A DNA stretch of 64,000 bases from Azolla caroliniana (Eukaryota; Plantae; Polypodiophyta), in assembly GCA_043228905.1 (NCBI GenBank), contig JBHGNT010000007.1, positions 3,286,001 to 3,350,000 on the forward strand, read 5' to 3'. Shown here one piece after another: positions 50,107 through 61,396 of this stretch (positions are counted from its first letter, which is position 1; the number at the start of each line of letters is the position of its first letter). The position numbers and the translations under genes are program-made. The notes under the pieces were generated by a model. It saw only the letters and a program-made list of their open reading frames with translations. It had not been told where the DNA came from and did no database searches.

Positions 50107-50794
50107 CAGTCAACAATACTCTTGTCTTCCATGAAGACTATGTCTCGACTCCGGAACACCTTCTTATCGACCAAGTCTCACACTCGGTATCCAAACTCAT
50201 CATCACCGTATCCAAGGAATATGCATGGCCTGGACTTCAGATCCAACTTTGCTCTCTTGTCCTTTGCAACATGCACGTAAGAGAGACAACCAAACACCTT
50301 CAGATGCTAGTAAGACACACCTTTACCAATCCATACTTTCTGCGATGAGTCTCCTTCCAAGGGCGGTGAGGGTGATATGTTTATCACATAGGTCGTTGTC
50401 ATGAGCACCTCAGCCCAAAACATCTTGGGTAAGTTTGCATGTGCTAGCATCAATCGGCAATACTCTTATCTTCCATAAAGACTATGTCTTGACTCCGGAA
50501 CACCTTCTTATCGACCAAGTCCCACACTCGGTATCCAAACTCACCATCGTTGTATCCAAGGAATATGCATGGCTTGGACTTCGGATCCAACTTTGCTCTC
50601 TTGTCCTTTTCAACATGCACGTACGCGAGACAACCAAACACTTTCAGATGCCGGTAAGACACGTCTTTACCGGTCTATACTTTCTGCAGTGAGTCTCCTT
50701 CCAAGGGCGGTGAGGGTGATCTATTTATCACATAGGTCGTTGTCATCAGCGCCTCAACCCAAAATGTCTTCGGTAACTTTGCATGTGCTAGCAT
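50107..50794. repeat. ~344-bp imperfect tandem duplication in C1 integrase
   Basis: 50107-50450 is repeated at 50451-50794. Confidence 0.85.
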
Positions 50795-53259
50795 GCTCCG
50801 GACTCTCTCCATTATAGTCTAGTTCATCCTTTCGGCCAATCCATTCAGCTCTGGCATCTTCGGCACGGTGAATTCAAGCCAAATTCCCTTCCACTGTCAG
50901 TACTCCTCGAACTACACCCGGTATTCTCCTCCGTTGTCCGCTTTGACGGGAACTCGACGCTCCTTATGCACAACGCTCGGCCACAACCGAGCTTAGAATC
51001 ATACACAGAAAAGAAAAAACGGAAAACATGCGACACAAAGGAGAAGAAAAAATGTACACAAGATGTTTACGTGGAAAACCCAAACTAAGGGAAAAACCAC
51101 GGCAGCCCACAAGCTGCAAACTATCACTATGTTAGAATGTACAACAGTGAGTTCACGGAGGCAACGACCTCGTGCTCACGATCTTCGCCACAAGTGGCGG
51201 TTATAACAGAGGCAACGACCTCTTTCTCTCTCTCTCTCTCTGTACACTGTTACGCGCTCTATCTTCTTCTTGCACCAACAAGAATAACAACAGTAACTAT
51301 AAGTTTGCCCTAAGTCATATTTATACTAATATGACTTTCTGGCTATTTACAAATATAGCCTCGATGGACTCTCAAAAACATATTTACGAATATGTCTCTT
51401 CATTCGGTGAGCATTCCTCACCGGGTCTACACCATCCGGCTCTCCGTAGCCGGGTACTCCTCATCCGGTTCTCACCGGGTCTGCACCATCCGGAAGGATC
51501 TGTCTCCCAACAAACTCCCCCTTCACTCCGGCATGGGGTGTCTTACTAGTCTGATCCTCTTCCGGCATGCATCCAGCTTGTCGGGTATCAGAACTTTGGT
51601 CAGCATATCTGACCCGTTCTCGGCTGTGTGGATCTTCGTCAGTGCGAACTCTTGGTCATCTACTCTTTCCCGGATCCAGTGATACCTTCGCTGGATATGC
51701 TTCGTCCGGGAATGGTAGGTCGCATTCTTAGAAAGGTGGATGGCACTTTGACTGTCGCAATAGAGTCGGTATTCATCTTGCCGGATACCGAGCTCTCCGA
51801 TGAAGTCCTTCATCCATAATATTTCCTTGCCGGCTCCCACACCTACCATGTACTGCGCCTCTGTGGTTGACAATGCAACCGTCTTCTGCAGCCTCGACTG
51901 CCACGAAACAGCTCCCCCTGCATATGTCATTACATACCCGGATGTAGACCGGCCGGTATCCACATCAACCGACATGTCCGAATCAGTGAAATCGTCAAGT
52001 TGAGGTTTTCCGGAGCCGAATCGGAGACACATATTTGTAGTGCCCTTCAAATACCGGAATATCCATTTGACCGCGTTCCAGTGCTCCTTGTCGGGATTGC
52101 TCATAAACCGGCTCACCACTCCGACTGCGTATCCTATATCTGGTCGGGTACACACCATTGCGTACATCAAGCTCCCGACGGCAGAGGCATATGGAATCTT
52201 CATCATATCCGCCTTCTCTGCTTTCGTCTTCGGGCTTTGCTTGCTGGATAGCCTGCAGTTTGCCGGAAGTGTCGATCCGACCGGTTTCGCATCTGACATG
52301 TTGAACCGGTGAAGCACCTTTGTCATGTACTTCTCCTGTGATAGCCATAATTGCTTCTTTGACCGGTCCCGAATGATGTGCATCCCCAACATCTGTCTTG
52401 CCGGACCTAAGTCTTTCATTGAGAAGGTCCGGTTGAGAGCCTTCTTCAGCATCCGTATTTTGACTTGGTCCCGTCTGACGATCAACATGTCATCCACGTT
52501 GTCGTGAAGATTTTTGTCCACAAGCGGAAACCCGAGCAACGAGAGCCAAAGAGCGATGTGCAACGTTGCACACGTACATAATGTATTTGTAATAGTAATA
52601 AAGGTATAAAGGTGATGTGGTTGTACGCACATCCACGCGAGAGAGAGAGAGAGAGGTACTATGTGGTACATAGGTACCTAGTTGTTTGTGAGGAGGTGGG
52701 AGTTAAGGGGCCATCAATCTCACCCTCCCCCAAATCAAGGAAAATATCCCCTTTAAATGAAAGGGGATATTTTAGTCTCACTTTTGTAAACGGTCTTCCC
52801 TCCTATTTTAGTCTCACTTTTGTAAACGGTCTTCCCTCCTTGTGCTATAAAAGGAGAGAGAAGGCACCATTGTGGGGGTTGCCTATTTTGAGTGTGCGAG
52901 GTATACCACATAGGTCGAGCGTTAGGGTTCGGTTAGGGTTTTCTTCTTGGGTTTTCCTTTAGGGTTTTCTTATAGTCGTTTGGTGCGGCCATGGCGGCCA
53001 CCATTGTAAAGCGTTTATGTTTTCTTAATCGAACTTCTTGTTGAGTATCTTGACTCCATCTTCTTCATCTTCTTCTATCATAATGTCATATTTGTTCTCT
53101 TCTCCTCTTGAGCTATGAGCTAGTAATCTTCCATTCGTTGTCTTAACCTTTCTTCTCTTCTCCCTAGTCCAAGATCCCCGTGGTCCCGCCCCTTCCACAC
53201 GCACGCGCGTAACAACGCGACATCTTTGGTGAACCCAACGTGAAGGGCAGAAAGGGAGC

Positions 53260-55841
53260 ATGGAGATTGAAGAAGACTTCGACTTCGAGGAGATGATGGC
53301 AAAGATCATGATGGATGCGCGACGGAAAAAGGCGAGGTGAGATGCGGCTCAACAAGCCGTCGAGAGGGTGGTCGATCGAGTCGGCCGATTCAACGGGGAC
53401 GATGTCCCAAGGTTCTTGAAAGCGTACGATGCCGAGATGGCGAAAGGGGGCGTAGACGAGGCGATGCGGCTAGAGTATTTTCCTCGAGTGGCGGCCGTAT
53501 CGGTGCACAAGGAGGTCAAGGAACTACGAGAAGCTCATGAGTCGTGGGTGTCCTTTGAGGGAGCCCTATTGGAGGCATACGGGTACACGGAACCGGAAGG
53601 AAGAGGTCGACATGAGTTCGATCGGTGGGGGTGCCGGCAACATGATGCGAGGCGGTCGGCCACAACACGGCCCGCGAGCGGCGGAAAAGAGAGAGCGGTG
53701 AGTGGGTACGCACTACCGCCGGAAGAGAGCTCAACGCAAAACGGTTCGGAGGAGCTCGACCTAGAAGTGCTAATACGGGAGGCATGCGAGCTTGTGAAGG
53801 CGAAAATCGGAGCCAAAGAAGGGCTTGTTATGGAGACGGGTCAGAGGCGATCGGAGGATGCGGAGGAAGAAGCCTCCCTAGACGAAGAAGACTGGGCCTA
53901 TACGGAGGCCGGGAGAGCGTACGATGTTGACATGGGAGAGGGTGCGAAAAGAGCGACTCTCTTGTCTTGCGGCGAATGGACGGCCATGGAGGCCGATAAC
54001 TACGGATTCGGGACATGGCGGCCCGAAACATCGAGGGAGGAGAGAAGCAACCTTACACACACTGGCCCTAGAGGCACCGGCGGTCGGCCCGATTGCCGGC
54101 GTGAGACCTAGAGCGACGAGCGGTGGCGGCGACAGGGCGGGCAACCGAGACAACGGTATGGAGACCGTGGAAGAGGAGGCGGCAAGCATAATTGATGCTT
54201 GCATATACGGAGGCGGGGTAGCCACGGACGACGATGTCCAAATGGAGGTGGCTACGGGCATAGCATCGACGAGCGGCGGTGTTGCTACCTTACACACACC
54301 GGTTCAAGAGACCCCGGCGGCCAGCCCGAGTCCCCGCGTGAGACTTAGGGTAATGAACGGTGGCGGCGGCAAGGCGGACGACCACGGCGACGATGTGGGA
54401 GAGGGTGCGGAGCGAGCGACCCTCTCGACTTGTGGAAAGAGGACGGCCATGGATGAGGCCGATATCTACGGAGCAATGGACGCCACTTCGAGAGTGGGCG
54501 AAAGTTTCGGGATGCGGTTGCCCGAAACATTCTACGAGGATTTCGTGAGCATACTCGAGGCTTGCGAAATCGAGGAAGAAGAGGAGATGAGCGGCGGTGC
54601 CACGACCTTCCACACACCGGTCCTAAAGACTCCGGCAACCGGCCCGAGAGCCGGTGTGAGACCTAGAGAGACGGACGGCGGCGGCGGCAAGGCGGGCAAC
54701 CGAAATGACGAAGAGGAGGTTTGTAGCGGACGGAGGCGAGATCCCTCGACACCGGGGCCGGAGACTTCGGCAGTTGCGGCCGAGCGCGGACATAAGACCG
54801 GGGAGATGGGCGGTGGCCGTGAGGATGAGAGGCCCGGAGTGGGCACATGCGAAAAGACCGAACGAAGAGGAGGTTTGTAGCAGACAAAGGCGAGATCCCT
54901 CGACACCAGGGCCGGAGACTTCGGCGGTTGAGCCCGAGCGCGGACATAAGACCGGGGAGATGGGCGGTGGCTGTGAGGATGAGAGGCCCGGAGTGGGCAC
55001 GTGCGAAAAGACCGAAGGAGAGGTCCGGAGCGGCATCGAGGAGCGAGTCGGGAATCGACCCGACCGAAATATGAGCCGGTCGGTAATCCAACCCGACCGG
55101 GAGGCGGAGCGGAAGAAGAGTGAAGCGGGGGCTGGTCAACCGGGCACAAACCGAAGGAAGCCGGCAAGACCGGGATTGTTTGATCGATTCGTAGCCGGTT
55201 GGGTACGGTTACGGTGGGAGCCGGTGAGAGCGAGAAGAAGGCCTAGTGGGCACAGTGATCACGGCTTGCTAGAAGACCGAGAGCGAGAGGGACCTTCCAC
55301 ACCCATTCTAGAGACTTCGGCGGTTGCGGATCAACGTGAGACCGGAGAGACGGCGGGTGGCGGCGAGGAGTCGGAGGCCGTAGCGGACAAAGTTATCGGA
55401 GCGGGTATCCGGTATGAGATGATGGACGAGCGGGTCCAAGATGGCGAGCTCGGGTCGGAATGGGCTACGGTGACAAAGGAAGAAGTGGCCGACGCGGAGG
55501 TCGGGTCTACAGCGGATGAAGGGCGTAACACGAAGCATGCACTACGGTCGGTGAAGGACCCAAGAATGAGCATGTATCCGAGAGAGCGTCAACAAGTGAC
55601 CGGAAACGGTGGACCGATTGAGCCTTTGAGAGGCGAGGACTCGGTGGTGAACCGAGAGTGGGAGGAACCCTCCACACCTACCCGTGAGGCATCGGCGGTC
55701 GCGGATCGAAAGGAGAACGAAGAAGCGGTGGGTAGCGGCGAGGAGTTGGAGACCGACGCGGAGGTCGGGTCTACGGCGGAAGCACGACACGAGACGCATG
55801 CAATACGGTGTCGTGCCTTTCGGCTCCGGATCGTTGCGTGA
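53260..55841 (+). pseudogene. E ORF1: Gag N-terminal homology + long acidic, internally repeated extension (frameshifted)
   Basis: VGRFNGDDVPRFLKAYDAEM...FPRVA...WVSFEGALLEAYG aligns with G gag IGRFSGKDATKYLASYGAEM...WEEFEGRLLEKYG. ORFs 53368-54111, 53924-54880 and 54705-55841. Confidence 0.7.
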
Positions 55842-56624
55842 GTCGGGTGGGAACCGCCGAGGTTTTGGACTAGGAGGAGGAAGAATTTGAGGCTAATCTA
55901 GTTATGAATATGAATAGATTATAAGAAAGAGATATAGAAACTTGTGAATCCCACAAGTATAATTGTTTTAATTTATCTTAATCGTAGTAATAAATTGAAA
56001 TAGTTTAGAATAGATTAGAGTAGATTGAGAAAAGAGATCAAACCTTGTGAATCCCACAAGTATTACGTTAATCAATATTTATGTAAGAATATGAATTTAG
56101 ATTGAAAGAGATAGATTATATAAAACTTCGTGAATCCCACGATTCTATTTTATTATTGGTGTTTTAGGAAATATATCCAATTTCCCAAATATTTCACACA
56201 CTATTACATTGTGCTCCCCATCCTTATGTAGTGATGGGAGAGACTAAGCATAGCTACATGCTTTTTTTTTCTAATATGTTCATGCACACTAAATATGCAT
56301 GTGATGCTTTTCTAATCCTTGCTTTTATTTGCTAAATATAGTGCTCATGCACGCTAGATGTGCACGAGTCACTTTTTAGTTGCTTGCGTTTTTTCTATAA
56401 AATATTCACACACTCTAAAAATGCATGATTTACCTTTTAATAAAGGTAGGCGCAAATAAAGCACTTATAGTTATTAAATCTATTTATAGAACACTAAAGA
56501 TAAGGTAGTATAATGGTAAAGTTGAGGTTTGGCTACGTGGAGGTACAGGGTTTGAATCTTGCCCTATGCACGTGATAAACATTTTGATATTCTTATTTTA
56601 TTTATTTATATGTAATTAAATCGG

Positions 56625-57549
56625 TTATATTATTTTTACTTTTTCACGTAGTGTACGAAATACACTACGACAACGGCCGGTGGAGGGCCAAGACACAAGC
56701 ATGCATACGGCGGATGAGCGACAACGATTGACCGACGATGACAGTCGGGTCAAGCCTTCGAGAGGCAAGCGCGGGACGAAGAACGGCGCGGCGAAACACC
56801 AAGATCGACGACATGGGCCGAGCACGATCGGCATGAGCGGAGAGTCGTATCTAGGAAAACGGAGGAGATGCATGGAGAACAACGGGGTACACACCGGGAA
56901 GAGAAAGCGCGGTGGCTTCCCGGAGGGCATACAAGGCCAAGCGGGCCAAGAGGGCGCAAGTCGAGGCGAGGCAATAACGAGAGCCTCGAGGGACACCGAC
57001 ACGAAGGTCGGGATGACGATACGCTCTACTACGAGAGAGCACGGCGAAAAAGGGGAAAGCGAAAAACGCGTGATGGGGTCATCGAAGGACCGAAGCACGA
57101 GCACGCATTCGGAGGGCAACATCAACATACGGGGAAAGCCTACGGAAGGCAAGCGCGGAGCGGAGAGAGTCGGCACGCTGAGGTGTGCGGCACGCAAAGG
57201 GCAGAATCCGGCATGCGATCGGGAGCGCATCCAGAGGATATACGAGGCGGACAAAGGAAGAGCAACTGGGTCGGCGATGGCGTTCGGGAGGACCGATGGG
57301 GAGGAAAGCACGGGCATCGGATACGGTGGGTTGGATGTAGTCGGTGGTTCAAGGACCCACGGTGGACGTGGCGGATCGGGTGGAGGCAACGACTCGGCGA
57401 ACATCGTCGAGTGTGGCGGATCGGATGGCGCCGACGGTTCGAGACCATTCGGCGAGGATGATGGGCCGGAAGGCGGCGGTGGTTCGTGTGGACGGGGTGG
57501 TCTTGCTCGAAGTGGAAGACAAAGCCGGGAGGGCCCACGAGGACGCTAA
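56625..57549. other. GC-rich segment of E open on both strands (Pro-rich 259-aa antisense ORF 56625-57404; 289-aa sense ORF 56680-57549), function unknown
   Basis: ORF track only; no recognisable domain. Confidence 0.35.
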
Positions 57550-58328
57550 GGACTCGGTCGGTCGTCGTGGCCGAAAATCTCGTGTTCTCTCCCCTATGTT
57601 TTGGCACATACCGGAGGATGTGCGGTTAGGTGGGGGCGGATGTCGTGAAGATTTTCGTCCACAAGCGGAAACCCGAGCAACGAGAGCCAAAGAGCGATGT
57701 GCAACGTTGCACACGTACATAATGTATTTGTAATAGTAATAAAGATATAAAGGTGATGTGGTTGTACGCACATCCACGCGAGAGAGAGAGAGAGAGGTAC
57801 TATGCGGTACATAGGTACCTAGTTGTTTGTGAGGAGGTGGGAGTTAAGGGGCCATCAATCTCACCCTCCCCCAAATCAAGGCAAATATCCCCTTTGAATG
57901 AAAGGGGATATTTTAGTCTCACTTTTGTAAACGGTCTTCCCTCCTTGTGCTATAAAAGGAGAGAGAAGGCACCATTGTGGGGGTTGCCTATTTTGAGTGT
58001 GCGAGGTATACCACATAGGTCGAGCGTTAGGGTTCGGTTAGGGTTTTCTTCTTGGGTTTTCCTTTAGGGTTTTCTTATAGTCGTTTGGTGCAGCCATGGC
58101 GGCCACCATTGTAAAGCGTTTATGTTTTCTTAATCGAACTTCTTGTTGAGTATCTTGACTCCATCCTCTTCATCTTCTTCTATCATAATGTCATATTCGT
58201 TCTCTTCTCCTCTTGAGCTATGAGCTAATCTTCCATTCGTTGTCTTAACCTTTCTCCTCTTCTCCCTAGTCCAAGATCCCCGTGGTCCCGCCCCTTCCAC
58301 ACGCACGCGCGTAACAACGCGACAACGT

Positions 58329-61300
58329 ACAAAAGGAGTATCAGGAAGTCGCCTCATTCGAACTTCTTCACAAACATGCAGTGATCGGCTTGCGTCTTGT
58401 GGTACCCTTGATTGGCCATGAAGGAGTCGAACTTCCGGTACCATTGCCGGGGGGCCTGCTTCAGTCCATACAGGCTCTTCTTCAATCGGCATACCAGGTG
58501 CTCCTTCCCTTTCTCCACAAATCCTTCCGGTTGCTGCATGTAGATCTCCTCTTCGAGGTCGTCGTGAAGGAATGTCGTCTTCACGTCCAGCTACTCTACC
58601 TCGAGGTCCATGCTTGTTGCTATACTCAGCACCGTCCGGATGGAGGTCATCTTTACTACCTGAGCAAATATCTCGTCAAAGTCCACACCCTTTTTCTGCT
58701 GGAACCCCTTCACCACGATCCTGGCTTTGTATCTCTAGGGGTTGCCGGCATCCCCCGGTTTCAACTTGTACACCCACTTATTTCGGAGTGCCTGCTTTCC
58801 TTTCGGCAACTCCACCAATTCATACGTATGGTTCTCATGCAGGGAATCCATCTCATCCTGCATGGCACTTAACCATTTTCGGTTGTGGGTGTCATCCTTC
58901 ACTTCTTCGAAGCTTTTCGGCTCCCCCTCATCGGTCAGCAGAACATGCTCTGCATCCGGAAATCTCCGGGGGGGCCTTCTCTCTCTGAGAGGATATCTCC
59001 GTCTTCGGGCTTCGGTAACCGGCTCCTCCATTTGCTCTTCATCCGAATCCGATTCGGGGTCTTGGCCGGTTCCGGATTCGGCTTCCTCTACTTCTTCTTC
59101 AGCTTGTTCTGTATCCTCACTGTATCCGGCTGGTTCTTCGAGTGCTAACCGGTCTCTCGCCGGTTGGGTCTCCTCATCGTAGAATCGATCCTTACCGGTC
59201 GACTCGGAGTTCATTATCTTCTTCTCCGACTCCCAATCGGTGAGCGTCTTGTCCTCCATGAAGATAATATCTCGACTCCGGAATACCTTCTCGTCGACCA
59301 GGTCCCACACTCGGTAGCCGAACTCATCGTCACCGTAACCGAGGAATATGCATGGTCGGGTCTTTGGATCTAACTTTCCTCTTCGGTCCTTAGCTACATG
59401 CACGTACGCGAGACACCCGAACACCTTCAGATGGCGGTAGGATACTTCCTTACCGGTCCACACTCTCTGTGGCGTGTCTCCGTCCAAGGGTACTGAGGGT
59501 GATCTATTTATCACATATGTCGTCGTCGACAGTGCCTCAGCCCAAAACTTCTTGGGTAGTTTTGCATGCGCTAGCATACTCCGGACCCTCTCCATTATGG
59601 TCCGGTTCAGCCTCTCGGCCAGTCCGTTTAGTTCCGGTGTCTTCGGCACAGTAAATTCGAGCCGGATTCCCTTCGAGCGGCAGTACTCCTCGAACTGCCC
59701 CCGGTATTCTCCTCCGTTATCTGCTCGAACTGCCTTCAGCTTCCGGCCGGTTTCTCTTTCCACTCTCGCGTGGAGCTCTTAAGACGGATAGCACCTGATC
59801 CTTTGTCTTCAACGGTGTGGCCCACAGCTTCCGACTGTGGTCATCTATGAACATCACGAAGTACTGCGCTCCGACATGTGACTTCGTGTCTACTTGACAC
59901 ACATCCGTATGCACCAACTCCAGTGGTGCATTACGTCTCATCGGTTGCCTTGGTCGGAAGGAGGTCCGGTTTTGCTTACCGGCTAGACAATCAGTGCACT
60001 TCTCCAAGTGCACGTTCTTCACTGGAATGAGGTTGTCGTCTGCAAGCCTCTTCATCCCCTTCTCGCTCATATGACACAGCCTCTTGTGCCACAACTCACC
60101 GGCAGTGTCGGATGCCACGTTCACTTCTTTCGGACATAACCGGGCATTCATCAGGTACTGTGTGTTGACCTTCCGGGCCCAAGCCACAATCAAGCTCCCT
60201 TTGCTGAACTTCATGACACCGTTCCGGATGCTACCCGTGTAGCCTTCATCATCTAGCCGACCGACTGATATCAGGTTCAGTCGAACCTCCAGAACATGTC
60301 GGACATCCTTCAGCAGCAACTTGCATCCGGTTGGTGTTGTCAGCCACATGTCTCCTATGCCGACAATTCGGCATGTACCTTCATTCCCCATCCGGACACA
60401 GCCGTGATCACTGGCTGAGTAGGATGAGAAGCATTTTCGGTCTGGGGTAAGGTGGAACGACGCTCCGGAGTCTACCACCCAAGTCGTCTCGTTGCCGGCA
60501 AGGTTTATCTCACTCTCCTCGGTGATGAGCATCAACTCTTCTTCACTTGCCGCGATTGTCGTCGTTCCCTTCCGGTCTGTTCCCCTCCGGTCTTTACCGT
60601 TCCGGTCCGGGGTCCGCTTCGAATCGGTACCATTGGTTTCCTTGTCTTTACGGAAATGCCGATAGTTCTTTTGGAAGTGTCCCGGCTTGCCGCAATAGAA
60701 GCAAGTAGGCCTCCCCCTTGACTTTGACCGTGTCCCCGACTTCTCCCGGTTCTGGGGACTACGGTTTCTCTGTCTTCCGCGTTCCGATTCGGTAAGGAGC
60801 GATTTGCAGTCAGAGTTCGTATCTTTATCTTTCCGACGCGCCTCTTCATCTAGCAAGCTCGACTTTACTCTTGCTAGGGATAACCTCTTTCCTTCCGGCC
60901 CGGCATTGCCCAAAGTGATAACCAACATCTCCCAGCTATCCGGGAGGGAACCGAGCAGGAGTAGCGCTAGTACCTCGTCTGCGAGAGGTACTTCCAATGA
61001 TGTTGCCTGGTGGATCAGCCCTTGGAAGGCATTCATGTTCTCCGCCATGCTGGAGCCATCTTGGTACTGGAGTCTTACTAGCTTCCGGAATACCAAAACC
61101 TGATTAATAGCATTTTTGTTTTGAAACATTATGCCGATCTTCTCCTAGAGCTCATGAGCCTTGCTCTCTTCATTGAAGTTGTTGTACAGGCTCATGTCAA
61201 TGAAGCACCGTATGTACGCCGTTGTCTTCATGTGCATCACCTCCCATATCGCGGCGTTGATTTTGTCTGGTCTCTTGTCCCCGAACTGAACCAGCAGCCA

Positions 61301-61396
61301 GAGGTCTTTAACCACGAGCATGTCCCTCATCTTCGACTTCCACACTGAATAGTTGGAGCCAGTGAGCTTGAACATGCCGCCAAATGATTCGTCCAT
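58329..61396 (-). pseudogene. pol: K2 gag-PR-IN-RT
   Basis: MDESFGGMFKLTGSNYSVWK; CFYCGKPGH; VDSGAS; ADNGGEY; QDEMDSL. Confidence 0.92.

Larger units (their letters stand above)
52500..58324 (+). mobile_element. Non-autonomous LTR element E of the G family (no PR, RT, RH or IN)
   Basis: Near-identical LTRs 52500-53222 and 57641-58324; tRNA-Trp PBS 53227-53244; G-type PPT; perfect TSD ACGT. Confidence 0.93.

Noticed and set aside
51523-52671. Novel fusion ORFs at junctions (also 17137-17757, 30762-31859, 45388-46203)
   Set aside because: Chance read-through from LTR sequence into interrupted pol frames at insertion sites.
56647-56690. Helitron 3' end
   Set aside because: A hairpin is present but no CTRR terminus at the expected distance on either strand.
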